From: an uncultured Clostridia bacterium | GTDB taxonomy: Bacteria > Bacillota > Clostridia > Christensenellales > CAG-138 | Assembly (NCBI GenBank): GCA_947306125.1 | Contig: CAMZFO010000001.1 | Location: 3,153 to 67,152 of the forward strand | Reading direction: 5' to 3' | DNA: 64,000 nucleotides | Part shown: in pieces, positions 45,388 to 55,054 of the stretch | How positions within the stretch are numbered: the first letter of the stretch is position 1 | Layout: each line of letters opens with the position of its first letter | The notes under the pieces: generated by a model | Database searches by the model: none | What the model saw: only the letters and a program-made list of their open reading frames with translations | Told to the model about the DNA's origin: nothing | Made by a program: the position numbers and the translations under genes

Positions 45388-46776
45388 TCAATCCCCGTTT
45401 TCGACCGTGAGGTTATTGACCCATTTCCTGCGCTTGATGAACGCATAGCCGACGAGGCATTTGAGTATATCGAGCGCGCGCACTATTATGAACATGGGCA
45501 CGATGGGTATCGAGGTAAAGCGCGATATGACGAAGGCGACCGGGACGCAGATGGTCCAGACGAAGCCGCTGTCGAACAGGAATGTGATGAAGGTCTTGCC
45601 TCCCGAGCGGAGCGTGAAATAGCTCGCGTTGGTATAGGCGTCGACGGGCATCATGCAGGCTCCGACGAGCAGCAGGTCCGTCGCCAGCTTTTTGACCTCC
45701 GGAATGGTATTGTAAAGGCGCGGGATATAGGGCGAAACGACCGCCATGACGACGCCGACGAGCGTGCAGAGCGCGACGGAAAAGCCTATGAGCTTGCGGT
45801 CCTCATCGACCGCCCTTTCAAAATCGCCTGCACCCAATAGCTGACCCACGATAATCGCGATGGTGGAGCCCATGGCGAAGAAGGCGCAGAAGAAGAGATT
45901 CGAGGCCGTGGAGGAGATGCTTATGGCGGGTATCACCTCCGGTCCCTTATACGAATAGCATTGATTCAGAGTCGTCATGCCGAGCGACCACAGAAGCTCG
46001 TTTATCATCAGCGGAAGACCGCGGATCGCCATGTTCCCCGCAAGGCGCTTCGGGATCCCGAACGAGGAGAAAAGACCCTTAAGATAAGTGAATCTGCTAA
46101 GCTTGAAATGAGGTATGAGGACCACTATGCCGCACTCGATGAACCTTGCCGTGACAGTGGCTATCGCGGCGCCGACGACGCCCAAAGCCGGGAGCCCGAG
46201 CTTGCCGAAAATGAGCACGTAATTGAGGCCGAGGTTTACGAATATGGCGATGATCCCGGCAGTCATGGGGAGCTTGGTCTCCCCCGTCTCACGCAGAGTG
46301 CCGGCGTATACCTGCATAATGGCGAAGGGAAGCATCTGAATGAGCATCACGGCAAGATACTTTTTGCCGTATGAGAGCGTGAGCGCGAGGTCGATATCCT
46401 CGGTGCTCTCATGCAGGAAAAGCATTATGAGCTGCTCGCCGAAGATCGTGAAAGCCGCCGTGAACAGCGCAAAAATGCCGAGCACGACGTAGTATTTCAT
46501 GCGCACGGTATGGCGCACGCCCTCGTCGTCCCCGCTGCCGTAGAACTGCGCGGTGAATATGCCTATGCCCGATATTCCGCCGAATATGGCGAGGTTATAG
46601 ACGAACATGAGCTGATTGACGATGGCGACGCCGCTCATCTGCTCCGTGCCGATGCGGCCCACCATGACGTTGTCCAGCAGACTGACGAAATTCGTTATTA
46701 CGTTTTGGATCAGGATGGGTATCATGACCGTAAAGAGCTTACGGTAAAACGCCTTATCCCCTATGTACTTTTTCAT
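45388..46776 (-). CDS. MATE family efflux transporter
   Basis: 462 aa, 12-TM type: ...LFTVMIPILIQNVITNFVSLLDNVMVGRIG... Confidence 0.9.
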   Translation of the reverse strand: MKKYIGDKAFYRKLFTVMIPILIQNVITNFVSLLDNVMVGRIGTEQMSGVAIVNQLMFVYNLAIFGGISGIGIFTAQFYGSGDDEGVRHTVRMKYYVVLGIFALFTAAFTIFGEQLIMLFLHESTEDIDLALTLSYGKKYLAVMLIQMLPFAIMQVYAGTLRETGETKLPMTAGIIAIFVNLGLNYVLIFGKLGLPALGVVGAAIATVTARFIECGIVVLIPHFKLSRFTYLKGLFSSFGIPKRLAGNMAIRGLPLMINELLWSLGMTTLNQCYSYKGPEVIPAISISSTASNLFFCAFFAMGSTIAIIVGQLLGAGDFERAVDEDRKLIGFSVALCTLVGVVMAVVSPYIPRLYNTIPEVKKLATDLLLVGACMMPVDAYTNASYFTLRSGGKTFITFLFDSGFVWTICVPVAFVISRFTSIPIVPMFIIVRALDILKCLVGYAFIKRRKWVNNLTVENGD

Positions 46777-46788
46777 GATCCTCCGGTA

Positions 46789-47355
46789 TTATCGTTTTTT
46801 ATTAAGGAAGCCGAGCCGCGGGCGTATCCTGCGCTCATAGATCGTCCATGCCGCACCGAGCGCGGCGTCGTAAAACAGAAGAGCGGCTATGAGCCCGGCA
46901 AAGAAGAGAGCTGTCATGAGCGCGCCCGTTTCCGAGAACTCCTCGAGCACAGCGTCGAGGCGGAAAACGAAGCAGATGAACGCATAGAGCAGCGCGACGG
47001 CCGCGGCAAAGAAGCCGAGCTTGAGCAGCACGCGCGGCAGCCTCCGGCGGATCCGCTCGAAAAACCCGCGGATCACCGGATAATAGCATATGAAAACGTA
47101 AAAGAACGCGCACTCCTTATCGGCGCAGAGCAACACGGACAGCACCGCCGTCACGAGCCATGTGAGCCACGCCCGCCCCCTGCCGAAATCGAAGAGCACG
47201 GGTATGAGGCAGCAGGACGCCATGAGCGGCGCGGCGTACGTGGCTATCCCCATCACTCCCCCGACGAGCATTATCACCGTGCCCAGCGCGGCAAGCACCG
47301 CGCAGAAGGTGAGCGCGAGGGTCATATTACCTATATTGTCCCTTTTCCGTTCCAA
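46789..47355 (-). CDS. Hypothetical polytopic membrane protein
   Basis: 188-aa ORF with about 5 hydrophobic helices. I recognise no family. Same strand as and closely packed with the MATE gene. Confidence 0.6.
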   Translation of the reverse strand: MERKRDNIGNMTLALTFCAVLAALGTVIMLVGGVMGIATYAAPLMASCCLIPVLFDFGRGRAWLTWLVTAVLSVLLCADKECAFFYVFICYYPVIRGFFERIRRRLPRVLLKLGFFAAAVALLYAFICFVFRLDAVLEEFSETGALMTALFFAGLIAALLFYDAALGAAWTIYERRIRPRLGFLNKKR

Positions 47356-47394
47356 ATCCGGCTCCGAGATCCCCTGTTTTTACCTGATTCTAAC

Positions 47395-47426
47395 AAAAAC
47401 GCGGCCGTATGTCAATCCCGGCCGCG
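47395..47426 (-). terminator. Rho-independent terminator of htpG
   Basis: Minus strand: CGCGGCCG-11 nt loop-CGGCCGCG followed by TTTTTG. Confidence 0.75.
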
Positions 47427-47440
47427 CTTTGCCTGAACCA

Positions 47441-49354
47441 TTATCGGTTATCGAGCATCAGCTTGGTTATGAGCTCGCCCACAGCCGCCGGATCCTCGAT
47501 GGGAAGGCCGCTTATGAGGCGCGCGTTGGCGTAGAGTATCCTGCCGTAATCGGCAAGCTTCTCCTTATCCTCGGCAAAGAGGGCCTTCAGGCGCTCCGCG
47601 ATGGGGTGCGCGGCGTTGATCTCGAGCACCTTCTCCGCCTTTATCGAGCTCTGCTCGGCTCCGGGCATACGGCCGAGGGTCTTCTCCATGGAGGCCGAGA
47701 CCGGGCCTTCCGAGGCGATGCAGACGGGGTGATCCTTGAGCTTGTTGGTGAAGCGCACCGCCGAGATATCGCCGCCGACGGACTCCTTGATAAAATCGAG
47801 CATATCCTTGGCCGCCTCGTTCTCGGCCTTGAGGCTCTCCTTCTCCTCGTCGGTGCCTATATCGGCGCCCTCCGTGCAGACGTTCACGAACTCCTTGCCA
47901 TCGTATTCATGCAGCATCATGAGCGCGAATTCGTCCACGTCCTCCGTGAGGAAAAGTACCTCGTAACCCTTGCCCGTGACCGCCTCGACCTGCGGCAGAC
48001 GCGAGACCTGCCCGCGCGAGTCGCCCGCGGCGTAATAGATCTTATCCTGCCCATCGCGCAGGCGGGAGACGTATTCCTTCAAGGTGGTCGGCTTATCGCT
48101 CATCGAGGTGCCGAAGAGCACGAGATCCTTGAGTACCGCCTTGTGCATACCGTAATCCGCGTAGAGACCGTACTTCAGCTGAGTGCCGAAGGCCTTGAAG
48201 AACTCCTCGTACTTATCGCGCTCGTTTTCGAGCATCTTTTCAAGCTCGTCCTTTATCTTGGTTTCGAGCGCCCTTGCGATGAGCTTCAGCTGCCTGTCGT
48301 GCTGCAGCATCTCCCTTGAAATATTGAGCGAGAGATCCGCGCTGTCCACGAGGCCCCTTACGAAGCTGAAATGATCGGGCAGGAGCTCCGCGCATTTATC
48401 CATTATCAGCACGCCGTTCGAGTAGAGCTGGAGGCCCTTTTCGTAATCGCGGCTGTAGTAATTATAGGGCGCGCGGGCGGGGATGAACAGCAGCGCGACG
48501 TATTCGGAAACGCCCTCCGTTTTCTGGCGGATGACCTTCAGGGGCGCTTCGAAATCGCGGAATTTATCCTGATAGAATACGGAATACTCCTCGTCCGTGA
48601 CCTCCGATTTTTCCTTCTTCCAAATGGGGATCATGCGGTTGAGAGTTTCGTCCTCACGGTATTCCTCGTATTCGGGGGCGTCGTCCGGAGAGCCCTCCCT
48701 GCGGCGGGACTTCGTGACCTCCATGCGGATGGGCCAGCGGATGTAATCGGAATACTTGGAAACGAGGCTCCTGAGCCTGTATTCCTCAAGGAATTCCGAG
48801 TATTTTTCGTCCTCAGTATCGGGCCTTAAGCGCAGGAGCACGCTCGTGCCGGGCTCGCCCGTCTCCGCCTGCTCGACGGTATAGCCGTCCACGCCGGAGG
48901 ACTGCCACTTCCACGTCTCGTCCGAGCCGTAGGCGCGGCTCGTGACGGTTATGTGATCGCTCACCATGAATGCGGAATAGAAGCCGACGCCGAACTGGCC
49001 GATTATATCGACCTTCTCGCCGTCCTCGCCCGAGGCGCCCGCCTTTTTGAACTCAAACGAGCCGCTCCTTGCTATGGTGCCGAGGTTCTGCTCCAGCTCA
49101 TCACGGGTCATGCCGCAGCCGTTATCGCGGATCTCGAGGGTGCGCGCCGCCTTATCGGGAATTAAGCGGATCTCGTAATCGCCCTTTTTGAGCGTAACGG
49201 AGCTGTCCGTCAGCGAACGGAAATAGAGCTTGTCGACAGCGTCGCTGGCGTTCGATATGAGCTCGCGCAGGAATATCTCCTTATGCGTATAGACGGAGTT
49301 GATCATCATATCGAGCAGCTTCTTTGATTCGGTTTTGAACTGTTTCTTTGCCAT
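47441..49354 (-). CDS. htpG: Molecular chaperone HtpG (Hsp90)
   Basis: MAKKQFKTESKKLLDMMINSVYTHKEIFLRELISNASDA... from ATG 49354 (AAGGTGA SD). GHKL ATPase motifs are present (...DNGCGMT..., ...GQFGVGFYS). Confidence 0.95.
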   Translation of the reverse strand: MAKKQFKTESKKLLDMMINSVYTHKEIFLRELISNASDAVDKLYFRSLTDSSVTLKKGDYEIRLIPDKAARTLEIRDNGCGMTRDELEQNLGTIARSGSFEFKKAGASGEDGEKVDIIGQFGVGFYSAFMVSDHITVTSRAYGSDETWKWQSSGVDGYTVEQAETGEPGTSVLLRLRPDTEDEKYSEFLEEYRLRSLVSKYSDYIRWPIRMEVTKSRRREGSPDDAPEYEEYREDETLNRMIPIWKKEKSEVTDEEYSVFYQDKFRDFEAPLKVIRQKTEGVSEYVALLFIPARAPYNYYSRDYEKGLQLYSNGVLIMDKCAELLPDHFSFVRGLVDSADLSLNISREMLQHDRQLKLIARALETKIKDELEKMLENERDKYEEFFKAFGTQLKYGLYADYGMHKAVLKDLVLFGTSMSDKPTTLKEYVSRLRDGQDKIYYAAGDSRGQVSRLPQVEAVTGKGYEVLFLTEDVDEFALMMLHEYDGKEFVNVCTEGADIGTDEEKESLKAENEAAKDMLDFIKESVGGDISAVRFTNKLKDHPVCIASEGPVSASMEKTLGRMPGAEQSSIKAEKVLEINAAHPIAERLKALFAEDKEKLADYGRILYANARLISGLPIEDPAAVGELITKLMLDNR

Positions 49355-49381
49355 TAGTATCACCTTGCTTTATATAGAGTT

Positions 49382-49402
49382 GGAATTCCCCACGGGAATT
49401 CC
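49382..49402. promoter_or_regulatory. Perfect 9-bp inverted repeat GGAATTCCC-N3-GGGAATTCC just upstream of htpG (candidate operator or 5' hairpin)
   Basis: Read directly: ggaattccc cac gggaattcc, 28 nt upstream of the htpG ATG and next to a TATATA box on the minus strand. Confidence 0.45.
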
Positions 49403-49569
49403 GTAACAATTGTATACCCCTCATCCGTCGCCTTAGGGCGACACCTTCCCCGCCCGGGGGAAGGCCGATACGCACACATATATTATCACTGTTTCCGTTT
49501 AATTCAACACGGGAGGCGGAAATATATTCCGTCCCCCCGCTGCAAAAGCTCTTCACGGCTGCCCGATCG

Positions 49570-50127
49570 TCATTTGAACGATTTGCCGCAATGTGTGCCG
49601 CAGAAAAGGAAGCTCACAGTATCCTTATTGGGGTCGGAGCAGACAAGGAAGGAAAAGCCCAACGAAGAATCATTTTCGGGCTCTTTCGAATAGACGAGAC
49701 CCCTTATATAATTTCGGCCGAATTCTTCGCTTTTCTCTTTGACCGTTCCGGAATCATAGTTCCCGCCGTGGAAATAGTTTACTCCGTGCGTAAGGAGCAG
49801 GAACAGCTCTTCTTCCTCCATGCCGCCGTGATAGCCCTCCAAGTCGGAAACGTTTACATCGAACGCAACTATAACCCTTGGATCAACTATATCGTTGTCA
49901 AAATATCCATCCACGAATTCGGCGTTTTCGGGAATGTATATGCCGTACCAATTCTCCATGTAATCACGCAGCTTTTCGGAGCATCTGCCGTTTTCGCCGG
50001 GCTGGATCCTTGTTTCCTTGTGGAAGTGGACAGTGGCACAGAAAAAACTGTTGGGAAGAACGACGAACATGATAAGGAAAACCGACAGCAATACGACCAG
50101 AACGTACAAAATCTGCTTAATGTTCAT
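49570..50127 (-). CDS. Hypothetical membrane-anchored protein, translationally coupled to the upstream DNRLRE gene
   Basis: 185-aa ORF with N-terminal TM MNIKQILYVLVVLLSVFLIMFVVL. Its start overlaps the 3' end of 50117..52885 by 11 nt. Confidence 0.65.
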   Translation of the reverse strand: MNIKQILYVLVVLLSVFLIMFVVLPNSFFCATVHFHKETRIQPGENGRCSEKLRDYMENWYGIYIPENAEFVDGYFDNDIVDPRVIVAFDVNVSDLEGYHGGMEEEELFLLLTHGVNYFHGGNYDSGTVKEKSEEFGRNYIRGLVYSKEPENDSSLGFSFLVCSDPNKDTVSFLFCGTHCGKSFK

Positions 50128-52885
50128 TGCTTATCACCACCCCGTTTCCAACGGTTTGCCCTTGAGTCCAAGTCATAGTAAATGTGTTGCTTCCAAAGAC
50201 CTCATAATGTCTTGCATATCCCCCATGATGTAATTCCCAAAGTTCTGCGGGAGTAATAACAAAACCTGATACTGGCAAATAGTTTGCATTTTTGTCCCAA
50301 TCATAAGCATCATGCAACTCGTAAATTACGGATGCAGTGAATGTTTGGCCGACTTTTCTGAAAGTGGCACTAATACTTGTATAGTAGTCTCCTATAGATA
50401 GTTTCCAATCATTTATCTCGCTTTCGTGATGAGGCGTTAATTCTATCAGATGAAGTGTTGTCTCAGTTCCTGTACCCAGAAGTTCAATAACGCCTATAAG
50501 GTTATTTAGATCTTCTGTTCTGTAGGCGTTTGCTGTAGCCCAACTCGAGATAGTATTTTTAAGGTTAATAGTGTACAATTCACCTGTGTTGCCCAAAAAA
50601 TGCAGCAAAAAAGCTTTTGCATTGACAAATGGACTTCCAAGAATGGCTATGTCATGTGCACTTTCATAAAACTGATCCAAATAATGGTGTCGAACTCCGT
50701 CAGCAACTCCATAAAACGATGAGTTTTCTCCAGCTGGCCATTCATTATAATCAATGCTTAAAGTATTTGTAATCTTGTCGGGAATAGGCGTGGAAGATAT
50801 TGTGGATGAATATCCTACCACTAATATAAATGACTTCACCCTGTTGGTAACCTTATAAGTGGCTGTAACTCGTGTCCCGCCTAATATATCGTTTGTTTTT
50901 ATTGTGCCTTTTGATTCAGCATATGCAAGAGCAGTATTCTCAAAAGCAAAAGTAAAATCTGCGAGAGAACACCAAATCTCGTTGCTGTAGTATTTATTGA
51001 CCATAAGGTTATAGATTGTTGTATTCTTTGCGGCCTCTATATTTGATATAGATGAATTTGCAGAAAATTCACGTTTGGTCGAAGAACTCGAATTGCTATA
51101 ATAATCGGTCGTTACCACCCTCCAAACATGTTTTGTATATAAGATTGTTCCGCTGGAACCCAAAGTATCAGTTGTTGAGACAGAAGCATTTTCCCCTTCA
51201 AAAAGATATTTTCCTGTCGTTACGTTTTTAATAATCTTTCCCGAGCTTGTAGCGCTGGTGATCTCCCAAATATAGTTATTAGACAAGTTTGCCGGATCAG
51301 AAGGAATCTTTAAACTCAAACCCGTTGAACTGCTGTCAAATAAGTATCTGGTCAAATCGCCTTCCGGCTGCAAAGTAAACCTGCTGTTTCCAAGGAAATT
51401 CGCTTTCCAGCGGATAGAACTCTGCAGTGAAGATAATAGACCGGACGCTGCATTTAAAGTTGTTCCTGAGCCCTTATGCAAATATTTTCCCCAATAAGTA
51501 TTATTAATATAATACGTAAACTGTTGATCGGTTACATATGTGATCCTCAATTCCGGCTTATTCGGCGATGCAGCGTCGGAAGAATAGAAAGTTGACCAAC
51601 TCGAAGTTCCGCTTTCATCCGAATCCCTTACCATAAAACCATAATTCTGGTAAGTGCCAGCGTACCACTGCCTGACTATATCGGTGACATAGAAACGATA
51701 CCAGTTGTTAGTCATTGCCTCAGCTGTATCGGAAGCGCTTATAGATGTGGACACCGGTTTATTGTTCCACGTTATTGTACTTGAAGTCCAGCTTTCGGTA
51801 ACGCGATATGCCTTGAGAGAAGGAGTACTGCCCGCTCCGTACTTTTTTAGGCTCATATATGCCTGAGTGATGGATTGGGATGGGATTGAAGAAGGCAAAT
51901 CGAAACGTATATACGTCCTTCTGATATTATACCCGCTGTTCCATCCCATTCTGATATGTTCATCAAGGTAATAATTGCTTGTGGGATTTTTGCTCGAGAC
52001 GAAAGAATCCTGAGTTTTGTCCGAGCCGCTGATCATCACCGACGGATCTATCATTATGGGATATTCCCTTTCGGGAGCTTGAGCAAATTCAGCGGAGAGC
52101 GATACGGTTATCTCCGTCCTTCCGTTCGCTGTTTCCCCGATGTGATACGAAAGCTCCTCGGTATAGGCTTCTGCCGAATCAACGGCAAAAAGGCTTCCGA
52201 GTTCGAATGCCGGTTCGCCTTCTGTATCAAAGAAACCTATCCCGCCGTTTTCCGTATATTCGGCGGTATAGCCTTCCGTATCGTAAACAAATGAAAACTC
52301 CGTGGGAGCGTCGGGATCGTTAAGCACCATGTATTCTTTAACGTATCCGTTGCCTATGCGGTAAACAAGATCGGTGTGCTCGAAAGCGTTCTCATAGGCA
52401 AAGAAGTTTTCACCGAAAAGGGAATGATTCGCAAGCTCTGTTCCTTTTCCCAATCCGCCGACGGAGTAAACAGCCTCAGCTCCGGAAAGAACCTCAAATG
52501 CAAGCGAAGCCTTACCGGATGCGATCATCACGGATGGGGCTTCCTCCGAAAAGTAAACCCGAGTGCTGTTTGCTTTGTTGGCAAATCCGTATTTCCTGCC
52601 GCCATACGAAAAGCTTGCGGAGACGACCGAATTGTCGATCAGCGCAAGACTTCCCGTTTCATCTTCATAATACTTGTCATCAGCGTAAACGACGCATTCG
52701 TAGGAACCATCCGGCATATGGAAGGTCTCGGAGTTCTTTTCTCTCAGCTTCAAAATCTCCTCGCTGCATTCGGTCTCTTCGGCCTGCGTCAACGAGAGCG
52801 TTTCCCCCGCTGTAGGCGGCGATCCGGCCTTGACCGGAGCTGCCGCCATCACGACCAACAGAAGCAATGAAAGCATTCTTTTCAT
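50117..52885 (-). CDS. Secreted DNRLRE-domain protein with putative beta-trefoil (ricin-like) module and uncharacterised ~330-aa C-terminal domain
   Basis: 922 aa with signal peptide MKRMLSLLLLVVMAAAPVKAG. The DNRLRE-type segment is ...RRTYIRFDLPSSIPSQSITQAYMSLKKYGAGSTPSLKAYRVTESWTSSTITWNNKP. Three spaced xxW repeats (IRWKA, YIWEI, HVWRV) suggest a trefoil. The gene is AT-rich relative to its neighbours. Confidence 0.8.
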   Translation of the reverse strand: MKRMLSLLLLVVMAAAPVKAGSPPTAGETLSLTQAEETECSEEILKLREKNSETFHMPDGSYECVVYADDKYYEDETGSLALIDNSVVSASFSYGGRKYGFANKANSTRVYFSEEAPSVMIASGKASLAFEVLSGAEAVYSVGGLGKGTELANHSLFGENFFAYENAFEHTDLVYRIGNGYVKEYMVLNDPDAPTEFSFVYDTEGYTAEYTENGGIGFFDTEGEPAFELGSLFAVDSAEAYTEELSYHIGETANGRTEITVSLSAEFAQAPEREYPIMIDPSVMISGSDKTQDSFVSSKNPTSNYYLDEHIRMGWNSGYNIRRTYIRFDLPSSIPSQSITQAYMSLKKYGAGSTPSLKAYRVTESWTSSTITWNNKPVSTSISASDTAEAMTNNWYRFYVTDIVRQWYAGTYQNYGFMVRDSDESGTSSWSTFYSSDAASPNKPELRITYVTDQQFTYYINNTYWGKYLHKGSGTTLNAASGLLSSLQSSIRWKANFLGNSRFTLQPEGDLTRYLFDSSSTGLSLKIPSDPANLSNNYIWEITSATSSGKIIKNVTTGKYLFEGENASVSTTDTLGSSGTILYTKHVWRVVTTDYYSNSSSSTKREFSANSSISNIEAAKNTTIYNLMVNKYYSNEIWCSLADFTFAFENTALAYAESKGTIKTNDILGGTRVTATYKVTNRVKSFILVVGYSSTISSTPIPDKITNTLSIDYNEWPAGENSSFYGVADGVRHHYLDQFYESAHDIAILGSPFVNAKAFLLHFLGNTGELYTINLKNTISSWATANAYRTEDLNNLIGVIELLGTGTETTLHLIELTPHHESEINDWKLSIGDYYTSISATFRKVGQTFTASVIYELHDAYDWDKNANYLPVSGFVITPAELWELHHGGYARHYEVFGSNTFTMTWTQGQTVGNGVVISNEH

Positions 52886-52937
52886 GTTCTTACCTCCTTA
52901 TTGATGTTTTTTGATGAGCGTTTGTAAGCTTATATAT

Positions 52938-52966
52938 ACTATAACAGTTTGTTTTGTATTTGTCAA
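52938..52966 (-). promoter_or_regulatory. Consensus sigma-A promoter of the low-GC two-gene island
   Basis: Minus strand: TTGACA-17 nt-TATAGT, with AAGGAGG SD before ATG 52885. Confidence 0.7.
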
Positions 52967-52984
52967 GCCATTTGTTTTGTAACT

Positions 52985-55048
52985 TTAATTTATTATTCCT
53001 TCGCGATCAAACGCCGGTGCGACTGAGACTATATCGTCGATATTGATGCTCGTGCCGTCCTCGAAGAGTATGGTGCGGGTGCTTTGGCTGATGGCGGCGA
53101 CCCTTGCGGAGACCTCCATGAATGCGCCGCCGCTCTTCCTTTCATCCGGCACGAAGACGGTGAAGCCCGCGGCGGGGTGAACCGCGATATTATCCCGCAG
53201 CCAGCGCAGATACAGGTCGATGAGCTGCTTTTCGCCCTCGTCGAGCTCGGGCCTTTTGTGAGTCAGGCGCGCCGTTTCCTCTATCTCCCCGTCGAAGCCC
53301 GTGAGCGCCGCGAAGGGTGCGAACTGCGCCGCCCTATCGTAATTGGACATATGCCTGCGGTCGGCCGAAACGTGGTGCGGAAGCTCCATTATCCCGTCAT
53401 ACGAATGCTCGTCGTGCCTCATAAACAGCTCCTCCTGCTCCCTATATGTAGACGTTGTGCCACTTGTTTCGTTTTTTTTTGCGTTTTCACCGCCGGGTTT
53501 TTCCGGATCGCCCTCGCCGGACCTGTGCCCGCCTATCTGCGCGTTGCGCTCGCGCGCGGTCGCGCCCTCCTCGAAATTCATGCCCTTCAATATCGCGTTT
53601 TTGCCGAATTTGGCGCGTATCTCGACGATCGCCGCCTGACGCGAGCGCTCCTTCTCACGCGCTTCCGTCTCCGCCTCGAAAGCCCTGCGCCGCTCCTCCG
53701 GATCGGTGAAAAGATCGAGCTGCTCGTATACGGGGCCCTTCGGGAGCGAGCTTTCGGGCACTATGTGATTGGCGACGACGAACATCCTGCGCACGAGGAG
53801 CGAGGGATCGACTATCCTTTCATACAGCTTTACCGCCGCCTCGGTTATGAGCAGAGTGGAGGAAGTGGGGCCCGCAAGATTCACCGAGCCGTGGACGGAT
53901 CTCGGCGCCCTGCGGCCGTAAAAATCCTCCTTCACCTCGCCCTTATAGCGCCTGCGCCGCTCGGGATCGGAAATGTTTTCCGCATCGTAGCAGACGGTGA
54001 GCACTATCTGATCGGTAACGAGCCCCTTTGCGAAAACGTCCATCGAGAGCCCGTCCGCCATCTCGCGCACTATGAGCCTGCCCTTTTCGAATTCATAGGG
54101 CTCGGCGAGCACCTGCCCGCAGCTCAGGCTGTGAGTCGAGGGACGGTAGCTCTTCACGTCCGCCATGGTGCAGGGCTCCCAGCCCCAGGCGTGGTCGATG
54201 AGGAGCTCCGCGTTTATGCCGAAGAGCTTATACAGGAACGCCTCGTTCAAGGGGCTCCTCTCCCCCGCGACCGAAACGAGCGCTATATCGCCCATGGTAT
54301 GTATGCCGTATTTTTCGAGCCTTGCCGCGATGCCGCGCCCTATGCGCCAGAAATCGGTGATGGGAGTGTGCGCCCAGAGCCTTTTGCGGTAGCTCATCTC
54401 GTCGAGCTCCGATATGCGCACGCCGTTTGAATCCGGCTGCATATGCTTGGCGTCGATATCCATGGCGATCTTGGCAAGATACATATTGGTCCCTATGCCC
54501 ACGGTCGCGGTGATGCCCGTCTCCTCGAGCACGGCGTTTATCATGCGCATGGCGAGCTCGCGCGGGGTGACCTTGAAGGATTTCAGATAATTCGTAACGT
54601 CTATGAACACCTCGTCCACGGAATAGACGTGGATATCCTCCGGCGCGATATAGCGCAGATAGATATCGTAGATCTTTGCGCTGACCTCCATATACCTTGC
54701 CATGCGCGGCGGAGCGACGATGTACTCTATCTTGAGCGATGGATCCTTCTTAAGCTCTGAGCCGAAATGCGAGGCGCCGGAAAATTCATGCCCCTTCGCA
54801 TGGAATTTGCGGTCGGCATTGAGCTCCCCGACCCTCTGCACGACCTCGAACAGGCGCGCCCTGCCGGAAACGCCAAGCGCCTTTAACGAGGGGGTGGCGG
54901 CCAGGCAGATGGTCTTTTCCGTGCGCGACTCATCCGCCACGACAAGGTTCGTGTCCAGAGGGTCCAAGCCTCTGTCCACGCACTCGACCGAGGCGTAGAA
55001 GGATTTGAGGTCTATGCAGACGTAGGATTTTCCGCTCATTTGTTCCAT
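52985..55048 (-). CDS. Y-family DNA polymerase (DinB/UmuC-like) fused to a C-terminal YolD-like domain
   Basis: 687 aa. N-terminus: ...YVCIDLKSFYASVECVDRGLDP..., ...SVDEVFIDVT... The C-terminal ~150 aa read ...NYDRAAQFAPFAALTGFDGEIEE..., which I recall as the pattern of small YolD-like proteins normally encoded next to such polymerases. Confidence 0.8.
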   Translation of the reverse strand: MEQMSGKSYVCIDLKSFYASVECVDRGLDPLDTNLVVADESRTEKTICLAATPSLKALGVSGRARLFEVVQRVGELNADRKFHAKGHEFSGASHFGSELKKDPSLKIEYIVAPPRMARYMEVSAKIYDIYLRYIAPEDIHVYSVDEVFIDVTNYLKSFKVTPRELAMRMINAVLEETGITATVGIGTNMYLAKIAMDIDAKHMQPDSNGVRISELDEMSYRKRLWAHTPITDFWRIGRGIAARLEKYGIHTMGDIALVSVAGERSPLNEAFLYKLFGINAELLIDHAWGWEPCTMADVKSYRPSTHSLSCGQVLAEPYEFEKGRLIVREMADGLSMDVFAKGLVTDQIVLTVCYDAENISDPERRRRYKGEVKEDFYGRRAPRSVHGSVNLAGPTSSTLLITEAAVKLYERIVDPSLLVRRMFVVANHIVPESSLPKGPVYEQLDLFTDPEERRRAFEAETEAREKERSRQAAIVEIRAKFGKNAILKGMNFEEGATARERNAQIGGHRSGEGDPEKPGGENAKKNETSGTTSTYREQEELFMRHDEHSYDGIMELPHHVSADRRHMSNYDRAAQFAPFAALTGFDGEIEETARLTHKRPELDEGEKQLIDLYLRWLRDNIAVHPAAGFTVFVPDERKSGGAFMEVSARVAAISQSTRTILFEDGTSINIDDIVSVAPAFDREGIIN

Positions 55049-55054
55049 GTCTGT

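Noticed and set aside
49570-52984. Calling the low-GC island a mobile element
   Set aside because: I could find no integrase, transposase, tRNA attachment site or flanking direct or inverted repeats. Only the composition shift and the autonomous promoter support foreign origin, so it is reported as a finding and not as a mobile_element feature.
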